Source: Octopus sinensis
Lineage: Eukaryota
NCBI RefSeq assembly: GCF_006345805.1
Contig: NC_043001.1
Span: 35,030,001-35,094,000 of the forward strand
DNA length: 64,000 bases
Direction of reading: 5' to 3'
Both the position numbers and the translations under genes were made by a program. The first letter of the stretch is position 1. Each line of letters opens with the position of its first letter. Shown here one piece after another: positions 26,461 to 39,520 of this stretch. The notes under the pieces are model-generated. The model saw only the letters and a list, made by a program, of their open reading frames with translations, did no database searches and had not been told where the DNA came from.

Positions 26461-26486
26461 TTATTATTATCATCACTACAACTAAT

Positions 26487-26734
26487 TCTTCTTCTTCTTC
26501 TCCTTCTTCTTCTCCTTCTTCTTCTCCTTCTCCTTCTCATTCTTCTTCTTCACCTTCTTCTTCTTCTTCTTCTTTTCTTCTTCTTCTTCTTCTTCTTCTT
26601 CTTCTTCTTCTTCTTCTTCTACTTATTATTATTATTATTGACTTCTTCTTCTTTTTCTTCTTCTTCTTTTCTTTCTCCTCATTTTCACCACCTGCTTTTT
26701 CTGCTACACTTACGATCGCTGCACACATAATTGT

Positions 26735-26785
<51 letters not shown>

Positions 26786-27058
26786 CTCTGCATTATAACT
26801 TTGCTTTTCCTTCTCTTTTAATAGTATTTACTGCAAACTTATACTTATAAAACATGTTTCCATGCGTCTTTAAACACCCACCCATCCACCACCACCACCA
26901 CCACCACCACCACCACCGAACCCTACTCTCCCTTGTTTATTGTGAACTAAAACCTCCTTGCTGATGTCACCAAGTACAAACCCTAACTTTAAAAGACCCA
27001 AATATAGAATGCCTTACAGCATTTCACTTTTTTTCTGTGACAATAATTCAATGTCATG

Positions 27059-27101
<43 letters not shown>

Positions 27102-27330
27102 ACACTCATACACACACATATAATTCTCACCCTGTCTGTTTTTTTCTGTCACATTCATCTCTTTTAATTGTACTTCCTAGCAAAGTATATCTTTCATTTC
27201 TCTTTTTGTATGTATGTATGTATGTACGGACGTATTCATATTTGTGTATATGTATGTTTGTATATATGTAAATGTGTATATATGTTCGTATTACTGAATA
27301 TCTGTGTATATATATATGTGTGTGTGTGTG

Positions 27331-27382
<52 letters not shown>

Positions 27383-27477
27383 TATATGAGTGTATGTGTG
27401 TTTGTGTATGTGTGTGTAGATGTAGATATTAATATATATGTACATATAAATATGCATCAATGCTACTGCTGCTGCTG

Positions 27478-27528
<51 letters not shown>

Positions 27529-27530
27529 TA
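26487..27530. repeat. Simple-repeat cluster: (TTC)n, (TAC)n, (CAC)n, (CA)n, (TA)n
   Basis: Direct reading. Confidence 0.9.
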
Positions 27531-27548
27531 TTTTCCACTTGTTTTCAA

Positions 27549-27735
27549 GCGGTGAGCTGCAGAATCGTTAGCGCCCTGAGCAAAATGCATTACGTTCTGA
27601 GTTCAAATTCCGCCGAGGTCGACTTTGCCATTCATCCTTTTGGGGCTCGATAAAATAAGTACTATTTGAGCTCTCGGGTCGACTTAAACCTTCACCCGAC
27701 GTTGCTGTCCTTATGCAAAAATTTGAAATCAATAT
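27549..27735 (+). mobile_element. SINE family A variant
   Basis: gttctgagttcaaattccgccgaggtcgactttgcc core. Confidence 0.75.
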
Positions 27736-29651
27736 TTGGGATTAAGCTACCTGGTCCTTCTGCTTCCCACGTTAGCATTCCATCTCTGTGTGACAACATT
27801 ATTATGATATTGAATACCATAATCGCAGAATTTCCATTAAGTAGAGATATAACCTTTAAAAGTACTCCCTCGCAAATATATCTAGTGTCAAATCTGAGAT
27901 CATTCTATTCACGTTCACTTTCGTGTCAGATTTCTCAATAAATCCTTTGGGAAAATCCACTATACTAATTAGATTTAAAGCGATAACACCAACAACAAAC
28001 ACAGCATGGGTTTCTTGCACTGCATTATGGCCACTCGCTTATGCGGTATGAGAGAATTCCAGATTTTAAATATAAGTAGATGAAGTTTATTACTCTAATA
28101 CTAATAAACATCTGTAAGCATAGTTGCCAGGAAATCACTTAACGTCAGGAAATAACTCCTGATTTTAATATTTTATACAATAAAGTAAAACGACATTTAT
28201 GAAATTACGATTACATATTAATTTTCAATTGCTTAGTTGTTGTTGGTAAATAATACAGGAGCTTAAATCTCATTGCTGTCGTAAAATTTTGCAGGAAAAT
28301 AATGTAGGGTTGAAATACTCAAAAGTGGCTATAATATATTATTAAACAATATTTACGAAGCTTTCATTTTGCTAAGCAAAAGTCTTCAATAGAGTGAAAT
28401 TATTTTGTTATTCTCATTGCATCACATAACACTTCTCTTCAGTTATATGTCCTCAAAATTACTTTGCACAAGATTAGTAATGTGTTCAAACGTATGATTA
28501 TTTTATTTGCTGCATCATACTTAATTTAATTAATGCTAACAAGTTTTCTTTCTATTTCAGATAAGTGAAAAACATACGTGTACTTTCCTTAAGCTAAGTA
28601 AATGATAACGGTACAATTGAATAGAAGTCTGCAAAATTTTCTAATATGAACTAATTCAATTTTTTTTTTATCGCAAATTTTTTTAATCCAGTTCTATTAC
28701 TGTGTTTTCGGATGTGCTAGATAGAAAAAACATAGCCCAAGGCTGGTAAAGCAATTATTATCATTATATAGCAATGTTATGAATAGTATAAAATTGCAAT
28801 GAATGAACTTGTACTTGCTATTATTGATAACAGACGACGACGCGATATTAAATTTTACTTGCAGAATATACCATATTTCAAACTGAAATATTAGGCATCG
28901 CTTATCTAGTTGTAGAACAGGTGTGCATTTATGCTGGAAGCTTAATTGATGATATGCTACTATACAGTCTAGCGTTAGGTCTTTCTAATTCTTCATTTAA
29001 TATGACAGATTTAAGGATTAAATTCCTTCACTATGAGTCATTATGTAGTATAAGAGAACTAATGAAAACATCCATTAAATTTGCAATCATACTTTTATAA
29101 GCATAGTACGAAAAGATTTCGATCATCTACGGGTTACACCTATACACGTTGGATGACCCCCACCAAGCTGATACAGTTGACCTGCCATATATTCTTCGGA
29201 TCAGTGACAGTTTTAATTAGTGTCAGATAACATTAGTTAGAATTTACACCATATTTCTTTCTCAGAGTTTCTGTTTATGTAAGCATTCATGTAAACATTT
29301 TTCTGGTAGTTCATACCGTTAATATCGCACAAGATATAAACTCTATCAATACTAACGCCACTACTATTTTATTTTCTTCTAACATTTCTATAATCACAGT
29401 TGAGACCCCTATATTTATATCAGTAACATAGTTAAAAAGCAAAACATCTTTCTATATGATACTTCACCATCGCCACTACATTGTCCTTTCATCTGCAACG
29501 TATTCTACTACATAATATGTACACTGCCAGTCCCTTAGTACAGCGACGATTCTTAGTACCATTTTTTTTTGCTACCATTTTCACGTCACTGTATACCATC
29601 ACAGGACACCATCATGTTTATTCGCCACGATACCAATTATTCCTCCAACTA

Positions 29652-30270
29652 CGAGTGGTTGCTGAAAGGTCCCTGGCTTTATAGGTATCACGAAAGGCCT
29701 CGTTGGAGGCCCAATCGACTGAGGGTTCTTTTGCATGGCTTAGAAACACTGAAAAAGCCGCTGCAATAAGTGCGTGAATTTCGGGCGGCGAGCTAGCAGA
29801 ATCGTTAGCACGCCGGGCGAAATGCGTATCAGTATTTCGTCTGCCGTTACGTTCTGAGTTCAAATTCCTTTCGGGGGTCGATAAATTAAGTACCAGTTAT
29901 GCACTGGGGTCAATATAATCGACTTAATACGTTTGTCTGTTCTAGTTTGTCCTCTCTGTGTTTAGCCCATTGTGGGTAGTAAAGAAATAGGTATTTCGTC
30001 TGCCGCTACGTTCTGAGTTCAAATTCCGCCTAGGTCGACTTTGCCTCCATCCTTTTGCTATCAATTACATAAGTATCAGTTACACACAGGGGTTAATGTA
30101 ATCGGCGTAATCCATTTCTCTGTTCTTGTGTGTCCCCTCTATGTTTAGCCTCTTGTGGGCAATAAAACAATAAAATATGTGAATCTAAGTGGAGTATGAG
30201 ATGAATAACATAATTAGCTAATTCTATATTTTGTTTTGCCGAAAGCCCGAGACTTTTCAGCCATTTCTCG
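29652..30270. mobile_element. Mariner-type MITE interrupted by a SINE A dimer
   Basis: Left ta|cgagtggttgctgaaaggtccctggcttt; right aaagcccgagacttttcagccatttctcg; gtgaat repeated on both sides of the SINE. Confidence 0.6.
29784..30172 (+). mobile_element. SINE family A dimer (full plus headless)
   Basis: Junction aaagaaataggtatttcgtctgccg at about 29981-30005. Confidence 0.85.
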
Positions 30271-30498
30271 TTGAAACATCTACACCACAATTATTAGTAT
30301 AATTATATCTCAATTGTTAACTATATTAACAAATGCAGGTTTCACTTGTTTCAACAACGCCACCACAACTAACTACAACTAAATCAACACCAATCTAATG
30401 GAGAATTAGTCAAAAGGGGGTTATGATTTCTCTGATAAGGGTCTAAGAATGCAAGAAACTAGCAAAATCTCTCGGAGAATATCTGTAGTGAAACGACT

Positions 30499-30918
30499 TA
30501 CTCTTTTACACTTTTACTTGTTTCAGTCATTTGTATGTGGCCATGCTGGAGCACCGCCTTTTTAGCCGAGCAAATCGACTCCAGGACTTATTCTTTGGCA
30601 GCCTAGTACTTATTCTATCGGTAACTTTTGCCGAATCGCTAAGTTACTGGGACGTAAGTACAACACTATCAGTTGTCAAGAGATGTGGGGGGGGGGTGTT
30701 GCAAACACAGACACACAAACATATACACACACATACATATGTATATACACATATACGACGGGCTTCTTTCAGTTTCCGTCTACCAAATCCATTCACAAGG
30801 CTTTGGTCAGCCCTAGGCTATAGTAGAAGACACTTGCCCAAGGTGCCACGCAGTGGGACTGAACCCGGAACAATGTGGTTGGTAAGCAAGCTACTTACCA
30901 CACCGCCACTCCTGCGCC
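30499..30918 (-). mobile_element. SINE family B, full length
   Basis: Reverse complement of the 24417-24827 family. Confidence 0.88.
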
Positions 30919-31999
30919 TATGGTAAAATTTTAGAAAAAGACAAAAAAGAAAGGCAAGCAAGCCTTATATTGCGTTTCAAATTTTACTAAAAAAAACTCA
31001 TGCGCAGAAGATTGGTGATATTCTTTTAATGCTGAAAATATAAGTCGAATTTAGTTCTGACAATGAAGACACGAATTAAAGTAATATAACCATTTGGTTT
31101 AAACCACATAATGGGGAGGATTAGAATTATGCATATGCTTATATAAAATGGCATCATTCAAAAGCCAATACGACACCATGCGATGAAGCTTACTGTGACC
31201 AGCGGTGTGTAACAACATCGGATTGTTTGGTTGATAAGGTAGTTCAGTGATGTTTATATTTTTACGTGTGCATGTGTGTGTACGCGCGTGTTTGTTTGTT
31301 TGTTTTCAAGTGTAGGAATGAGAAAGACAGAGATATATTCGATATGATTTTAGGGAGGATAGAGGATAGAGAGGATATACTCAGAAGCACAAGCCAATCT
31401 TCTTTTCGTCTGAGCATAAATTTCGTGGATCCTATTACAATAATGCCCTTCAAAATTTAACGCAATATAATTGCCGTTTCTTGGAGTGGTACTTCAAACC
31501 AATTATTACTATAACCATATCAAGGCTTTGCCTTTTGTGTTATGAAACACGCTACGTTTAATTTCTAGTCCATTCTTTCAACACGTGTCTGGCATTTATT
31601 TTATTGACATTTAAAGTTAATCTCGGCGGAATTTGAACTCATAAAGGGCCACTAATAAATAGCGTAAGGTATTTAGATTGGAGCGCAACCAATACCACAA
31701 TCGACCGCAAATGACTTCAAGGAAATATTAATTATAATTATTGCCTCTTCTTGACTGAGAGTTTAAATTTCCCACAGTTTCAACATAATTCACAGAGCAG
31801 ATATAAATATAAGATGATGAACCGTTATGGCGGAATGTTCAGTGACCCCTACGCTCCTCGAATAGTGACCAACGAGAACAGCTTAAGAACAAGTCGCCTT
31901 ATATTCACACATACTGAAATACGTAGGGTCTTAATAAACAGTTGGAGTATCAGATACACACACACTCGCGCGTGCGTGAGAGAAGTGTAGGGGAGTACC

Positions 32000-32069
32000 T
32001 GTGTATGTGTATGTCTGTATATGTGTGTGTGTGAGTATAAGTATATGTCTGTATATATGTATATGTCTA

Positions 32070-32119
<50 letters not shown>

Positions 32120-32420
32120 TATGTGTGTGTGTGTGTGTGTGTGTATGTGTGTGTGTGTGTGTGTGAATGTATATACATCTGTATCTATTTCTATTTCGAT
32201 ATGTGTATATGTATATACATATATATATCTATATATATATGTGTGTGTGTGTGTATGTATATATAAGTATGTATATGCGTGTATGTATATATATATATGT
32301 GTGTGTGTATAGGTATATATATCTAGATTTATATACACTTCTATTTCTATGCGTGTGAGTGTGTGTTTGTGTATGTGTGCGTGTGTGCGTGTGAACGTGT
32401 GTGTGTATGTGTATGTACAT
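32000..32420. repeat. Compound (TG)n/(TA)n microsatellite block
   Basis: Direct reading; another block at 33076-33212. Confidence 0.9.
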
Positions 32421-33077
32421 ATGCTCATACGATTGCTCTTAATAACTCGTGTTATTAAATCGCTATCGTTTTAGTAAGTGGCAATTATTGATTTTCCAGG
32501 TGATTAATTATATCGCTGCAATAGTAAATAATTAATCAGCAAACGCCAAGCATCCATTGCTGATTAGAATTCACTCAGACGAGGAGAAATAATGTCCAAG
32601 CGCGATCTTGCTGCGACAAATCTCTTTTGACAGAAGCTACTAAGTTATGGCTACTATTATAATACCTTTAACGAAACGGCCATAGTTTTGTGAAGTACAC
32701 GATAACTTTGCTGAATATATGACCAGAATTGAGCAGTTTAGTTTCCCCTAAGGCAGAACGTGAGGACGTTCTATTTGGCATAATAGAAACCCCGTTAGAT
32801 AAACAGAACAAATAGTTGTTGAAGCGTTTATCTGTATTTACCCTTTGGTCTTTTGTGAAAGGAGAATTGTAAAGATATACACCCAAAACCCAAAAATATA
32901 GAATAAGTTTCGAAATTGTTAACTATAATTCCTAGGTTTGATAATAACGATTTCTCTTTCTTCATGGAAACCCTCTCTCTCACAATATTCTAATATCCCA
33001 CTCAAAGAATATTCATCTAAGATGGACATAGCATTTTAAAACCAGTCTTATATGTACATAAGGTCAGATAATCATTG

Positions 33078-33161
<84 letters not shown>

Positions 33162-33180
33162 TGTATATGTATATACATAA

Positions 33181-33212
<32 letters not shown>

Positions 33213-33548
33213 GGCGCATGGCTCAGTGGTTAGAGCGTCGAGCTTACGATCCTGAGGTTGTGAGCTCGAATCCTGGACCGGGCTGCGTATTGTGTTCTTG
33301 AGCAAAGCACTTTATTTCACGTTGCTCCAGTTCACTCAGCTGTAGAAATGAGTTGCGACGTCACTGGTGCCAAGCCGTATCGACCTTTGTCTTTCCCTTG
33401 GATAACACTGGTGGCGTGGAGAGGGGAGGCTGGTATGCATGGGCGAATGCTGGCCTTCCATAAACAACCTTGCCCAGACTTGTGTCTAGGAGGGTAACTT
33501 TCTAGGTGCAATCCCATGGTCATTCATGACCGAAGGGGGTCTTTACCC
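33213..33548 (+). mobile_element. SINE family E (family-D-like head and CORE-like domain, distinct tail)
   Basis: tggctcagtggttagagc A box, ctcgaatcc B box; ttgtgttcttgagcaaagcactttatttcacgttgctccag shared with 20364-20684. Confidence 0.8.
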
Positions 33549-34195
33549 TATATATCATAAATAATAATAAACTATAAATATCTATATATGCATTAATATA
33601 GATATGAATATATCAATAGATATATATGTATATAAATAAATGTAATTACATAAATATAAGTATATAAGTATCTATATATATGTATATATAATATGTGTGT
33701 GTGTGCATGTGTGAATTTGTGAGTTTTTCTGTATTTCTGTGTGTATGTGTATATATGTTTGAGGATGAGTCCATACACATACGCACATACTCAGATATAT
33801 CGCTCATTGTTTATCAGCCAGAATCCGCTACTAAGAGTACAGAGGTGACATGGAGTCCTGAAAATAAAACATAATCACTTTTAACAACAACAACAACAAC
33901 AGCAATAATAATAATAACAATAATAATAATGATAACAATAATAATAATAATAACAACAATTATTATAATTATTAATATTATTATTATAAAAATAGTGGCA
34001 TCTTAGAATAGAAACTATACTTGTGATTACCTAAACTTTGTGGCATTCTTGAACACTATGGACAAATAGCAGGAAACCTCAACGCAGAAGTCAAAACAAT
34101 TTTCTTCTTATGTATAATACCTGTATCCTTTGAAAAACATTGTCAATATGAAAGCCGTTTCTCTTAAGACTGCTTCAGAACTGGAATAGCACAGA

Positions 34196-34265
34196 TTTAC
34201 CACAGATTTACAATATATCACTGCTAACGATTTACCACAGATTTACAATATATCACTGCTAACGA
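34196..34265. repeat. About 35-bp tandem duplication
   Basis: gatttaccacagatttacaatatatcactgctaac twice. Confidence 0.85.
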
Positions 34266-34717
34266 ACTGCCGTCATCAATTGTTAGTTGTCGGAGCACTG
34301 AGATTCGCCAACACTACACCTGATTTTCTCCCCTCCATACACACGTAAGCATGTATCTGACTCACACTGTTCACTTTCCAGACTTTTGACAAGTTGTGGT
34401 GCAGCTGAGCATTCTATACAATAATTTCAATATTATTTATATTATAACCGTACATGAGACCCGTAGTTAAACGTCCAACTTGCTGTTACATGAGGTGAGA
34501 CTGAAAAAGCTCGTTTGAAGCAAAGCGACAATGATGTAAATGGTAATAATTATTTTTAATTTAAGCACAACTGTCGCAAGTTTTGAGCCTATGTTACAAG
34601 TTTACATCGAACCCAGTACTTGACAGACGCTTTACTTTATCAACTCCTGAAGGATGAAAAGCAAAACTGCTCTTTACTCAGAACGTAATGAGCAGGATTA
34701 AATGTCACTGAAAAGTT

Positions 34718-35100
34718 GATGGTTGGCATCCTTTTTGTCTTGGGAGACAATGGAGTTGCGCATAAAATAGTCTAGTCCGGCTTTTACATTTCATGTCCTA
34801 ATATATTTTCTACTGTGGCTGTGTAGTCCTATCCTGGAAAAACACTCCCTCTGGCAGGTGCCGCAAATGTAGCAAAGACTGTTCCTGGCTGGTTGTAATG
34901 TCATAGATTCTTGTTGACGTCTTTTCTTGTCTTTTCATTTTTCCTCTCTCTCTCTCTGTCACTCCTTTGTATTCCCTCTTTTACGGTACATCGCCAATCT
35001 CCACGGTTGCTGGCAACTGCTTCCTAATTGCTAATATTGATGTTGCGGGCCTTCATGTCCCTTTTGCAAACATCCTTGTAACGTAAGAACGATCTTCCCA
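34718..35100 (-). mobile_element. RTE-clade LINE 3' fragment
   Basis: Minus GRSFLRYKDVCKRDMK..NRGDWR and C-terminal CGTCQRECFSRIGLHSHSRK zinc-finger-like motif; 3' end ccattgtctcccaagacaaaaaggatgcc. Confidence 0.8.
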
Positions 35101-35906
35101 CAGACCTAGTACCACAGACCTAGTAGTGAAGCAATAATGACAACAGAACTAAAATGAAGCCAAGCAGTAAACGTCAAAATACTGCAGGAACCTGAAAATA
35201 GAGAAAAGTTGATTATAGTATCTTCTGAAAGCTTATTACGATCAACAGACGAAAAAGTTTTAGCTTGATATTTCATCTATTGAGGTCATTACTTATTCTG
35301 TTATATCTTGTGTATTATCGTTGTTAGTTAGAAATATAACATTTCCTTCATTATTTATGTTGCTTTTGAAAATATAATGATTACATATCACTTTTAAGAT
35401 ATGTCATAACTCGTGGCTATTGAGTGACGCTGTAAACTAGTATCGCAATTATATAATCTTTAGTTATTTACTTTAGTTTTAGATTAGCTAGTTCAATGAT
35501 TTTCCGTTTCATGTGTATTTGTTGTCATTTTCTGGTAAGATTAAAAGAGTAAGACAAAAAAATAATACATATGATGACGGCAAGACAAGAAAGATGAAAT
35601 ATAAGTTTGAGTTCTGAAGATAGATAATTGAAAAAAATAAAAATTCTAAGAATAATCGGTAAAGAAAAGATAACACAATATGACAAAGAAAATGTTTGTT
35701 GAGGAGAAATGTTGAAATTTTCAAGGTAATCTTGCTTCTGGTGAAAACACATATGTATATATAGACACATACATACACACATCTACCCTCGCAGACAAAG
35801 CCATATACACAAAAACACACATGTATCTATGCATGAGTTATTGTGTGTATATATTGTATGTTCAATCATATACAATATACTAATATATACATATATATAT
35901 ACTAAT

Positions 35907-36120
35907 GCATACATCATGTTGATTCGCTAGCCTCTGCACGCATTTTTGTTCTCTCCTTGTTTCTTTCTGTGTTTCTTTTCTGTGTATCTTTCTGTTGAAG
36001 AGCGTAGGCTCGAAACGTAAAAGACTTGTTTTATTTATATTCCTGAGCACCATACTAATACAATTGTTTGTTTGTATTCCACCTGCCTTCGTCTTTTGTT
36101 TATTTTCATAAAGCTTCCCG
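35907..36120 (+). mobile_element. Short HHR-like repeat, family H1, copy 1 (fold 35987-36024)
   Basis: tcttt|ctgttga|a|gagc-gtag-gctc|gaaa|cgta|aaaga; homologous to 36980-37120 and 48214-48347; TA-flanked. Confidence 0.7.
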
Positions 36121-36136
36121 TTATATATATATATAT

Positions 36137-36180
<44 letters not shown>

Positions 36181-36436
36181 TGAACGAGAGATTTATATAT
36201 AGGTGTAAAGTTAGCTCACTTAGTCGCGTTAACAAAGGGATGTGGGATCGTCTCCCATGCGGATAGGATAACCTTCTTTTTCTGTCGAGGGCTTATATGC
36301 CACTTTATTAGACTATTTTCCTTAGTATTTGCACGGTGATTGCCATAAGCTTTAAGCTTATATATATTAAAAAATCCATTATTATTATTTAGAGGATTGT
36401 AAAGACGGCGACATATAGAAAACCATTCGCACCGAA

Positions 36437-36483
<47 letters not shown>

Positions 36484-36591
36484 GGGTATGTGAGAGACAC
36501 CACCATACCGAAATAGCACCTTAAATGTTCATATTGCACCATGAGATAAGACAGAGAGACAAAATAAACTAGCAAAAAGATATTACTGTAT

Positions 36592-36653
36592 AATACAAGA
36601 TCCTGGATTTCTAACTTTGCTTCAAATAAGCTCTGCCTTCATCAGTTGAATAT
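36592..36653 (-). ncRNA. Type I hammerhead-like fold inside a 457-bp terminally redundant unit
   Basis: atattcaa|ctgatga|a|ggc..gctt-atttg-aagc..gtt|a|gaaa|tccaggatc|ttgtatt. Confidence 0.5.
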
Positions 36654-36979
36654 ACCAGATGAGCACATAAATACAAATATATATATATATATACAGAACA
36701 CACGTTATACTTATATATACGAACGTCCATACATACATATATATAAATATATATATATGCACGTATGTACAAGGCCAGTTCAAATTGCCCGCCAGCCACC
36801 CCACCGCAGTGAATATAGTGACGAATTATATAAATTTATAAGTAAGGATAATATCGATATTTAAATATTGATATGATCGAGTGGCCAGCATGGGAATAAA
36901 TACCATACAAAGGTAATAATTATTTTACAACTATAAATAAGGGTATCTGAGAGATACCACAATGTTGAATTGGCCTTGT

Positions 36980-37120
36980 TTAACGCTCGGGAATTGAAAA
37001 AGTTTTTAACGTTTCGAGCCTACGCTCTTCCACAGAAAGAAACACAGAAAGAAACAAGGAGAGAAAAAAATGTGTGCAGTGACCAGCGATCTATCATGGC
37101 GAATCTATCATGGCAAATAT
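36980..37120 (-). mobile_element. Family H1, copy 2 (fold 37002-37040)
   Basis: tcttt|ctgtgga|a|gagc-gtag-gctc|gaaa|cgtt|aaaaa. Confidence 0.7.
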
Positions 37121-37612
37121 ATATATTCACCGAACTAAAAGCAACAAACACTGATTTCGTGTAAATTCTGTTGGATATAGTGTGAATAAAATCGACTTGG
37201 TATAATCATGCATTTAGGTAATTTCAATGAGTCAATTTGCTCATCAACATGTGGCTCAGAATATTTATCCCCATGCGTGTGAGGCTAAGGTAATTCGGTT
37301 TAAATACGAAGGATGGAAAATAGCTTTGATGCCTTTTTAAAATGACTCCACTTCAAGTAGGGTCTGCATTTACACAAATGTTTTGCATTGTTTACTTATT
37401 GACGTTGAGGTTAACCCGGCTGCGATATGATACGGTTTTCTCGCTGGTACAGTATGCGCATATATTTTTATATGTTCATCTGTGCTTGCAGGCACGCGTG
37501 TAACACGTGTGTATATGGGCCAATATGTATATATACATTTATTATATAGATATGTGAATATATATTTTTGTATATATCTGTAGATTTTGCATACATAAAT
37601 GTATATCCCTCT

Positions 37613-37623
37613 CTATCTATCTG

Positions 37624-37710
<87 letters not shown>
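37613..37710. repeat. (CTAT)n microsatellite
   Basis: Direct reading. Confidence 0.95.
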
Positions 37711-38224
37711 GCCACACGCACAACATGAAGAAAATCAGGACTTTAACATAGAGATAAAGTTTAAGATGTACACACACACACACACACACATACACACACA
37801 CACACACACAGATATATATATACACACACACTCAAAATGTGACCGCGTGTGTACCGTTGGCGATTTTTTCCTCTGTCTTCCCTTCTCTGGATCTTTCCTT
37901 CTTTCCTGAGCGTCCACTAATACTATATTTGTTCCACGTCCTCGCGTTGTTGTGTTTTTTTTGTTTTTTTTTGTGCTTTCATGTTTGGATTAACTATATA
38001 TACATATATATATATAAGTAAATAAATAGATGGAATTCAACGCAGATGCTATTCAAATTATTTTACTACCCTGGTAACTGTTTATTGAATTTTCCATGTT
38101 AACAGTAAACAAAGGATAATTGAGTCATCCATATATATATATATATATATATGTATGTATATAACGAGCCTATATACATTATATATATATATAATATATA
38201 TGTATGTATATATATATATGTATG

Positions 38225-38259
<35 letters not shown>

Positions 38260-38264
38260 CATAC

Positions 38265-38297
<33 letters not shown>

Positions 38298-38368
38298 CAT
38301 ACATATATATATATATACATACATACATATGTATATACATATACATACATACATATGTATATATATAT

Positions 38369-38435
<67 letters not shown>

Positions 38436-38439
38436 TATA

Positions 38440-38874
38440 TACTCTTTTACTCTTTTACTTGTTTCAGTCATTTGACTGCGGCCATGCTGGAGCACAGCCT
38501 TTAGTCGAGCAAATCGACCCCGGGACTTATTCTTTGTAAGCTCAGTACTTATTCTATCGGTCTCTTTTGCCGAACCGCTAAGTGACGGGGACGTAAACAC
38601 GCCAGCATCGGCTGTCAATCAATGCTAGGAGGACAAACACGGACACACAAACATATACACGCACATACATATACCTATATACATATATACGACAGGTTTC
38701 TTTCAGTTTCCGTGTACCAAATCCACTCACAAGGCATTGGTCGGCCCGGGGCTATAGCAGAAGACACCTGCCCAAGGTGCCATGCAGTGGGACTGAACCC
38801 GGAACCATGTGGTTGGTAAGCAAGCTACTTACCACACAGCCACCCCTGCGCCTATGCACACAGCCACTCCTGCG

Positions 38875-38876
<2 letters not shown>
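38440..38876 (-). mobile_element. SINE family B with a duplicated 5' tip
   Basis: Full family B; cacagccac.cctgcgcctat repeated in tandem at about 38835-38879. Confidence 0.88.
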
Positions 38877-38908
<32 letters not shown>

Positions 38909-39359
38909 CTTAAAACTGCATTCTAATATTCGGAATATTTATCAGTCCTATTCAATATACCAATATACAAAACCAGCATAAATGCAACCATCACGACCTC
39001 CCTCGAAAAGCTCCACTATTACAATTAAAATATATAATCCTAAATTGTTCAAAATCCACACGAATCGGCAACATGAAAATTAAAAAGACTTTAACACACT
39101 CGTCGACCACTAACACACGAAAACATTCATGAAATAAACAGATGAATAAATTAGGATGAGAGAATTAAGGCCATCATTATAATTTTAGGGAAATCCATGA
39201 TTACATGAATAGAAATTTTCATAGAGCAGACCTGTCTAAGCTCTACACTGATGCTCTTTTCGGAATATTTTCTTAAGTAAGAAAATTACTTCTTATACAC
39301 TTATTCTTCCGTCATGTACAAACATGTAAAATCAACCATTTCTTGTAGTAATAGAAGTA

Positions 39360-39520
39360 ATTTCATCGACCTAAGTGCTCAACTCGTACTTATTTTATCG
39401 ATCCTGAAAGGATGAAATGTAAAGAGGACTACGGTGGAGTTTTAACTCAGAGCGTAATGTCGGACGAGATGCCGCTAAGCATTCTCCCCGACGTGCTAAC
39501 GATTCTGCCTGCTCGCAGCC
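39360..39520 (-). mobile_element. Degenerate SINE family A
   Basis: atcgatcctgaaaggatgaaa..aactcagagcgta..cgtgctaacgattctgcc. Confidence 0.7.

Noticed and set aside
32668-32886. 72-aa ORF in unique sequence
   Set aside because: Short, non-ATG start, no recognisable domain.
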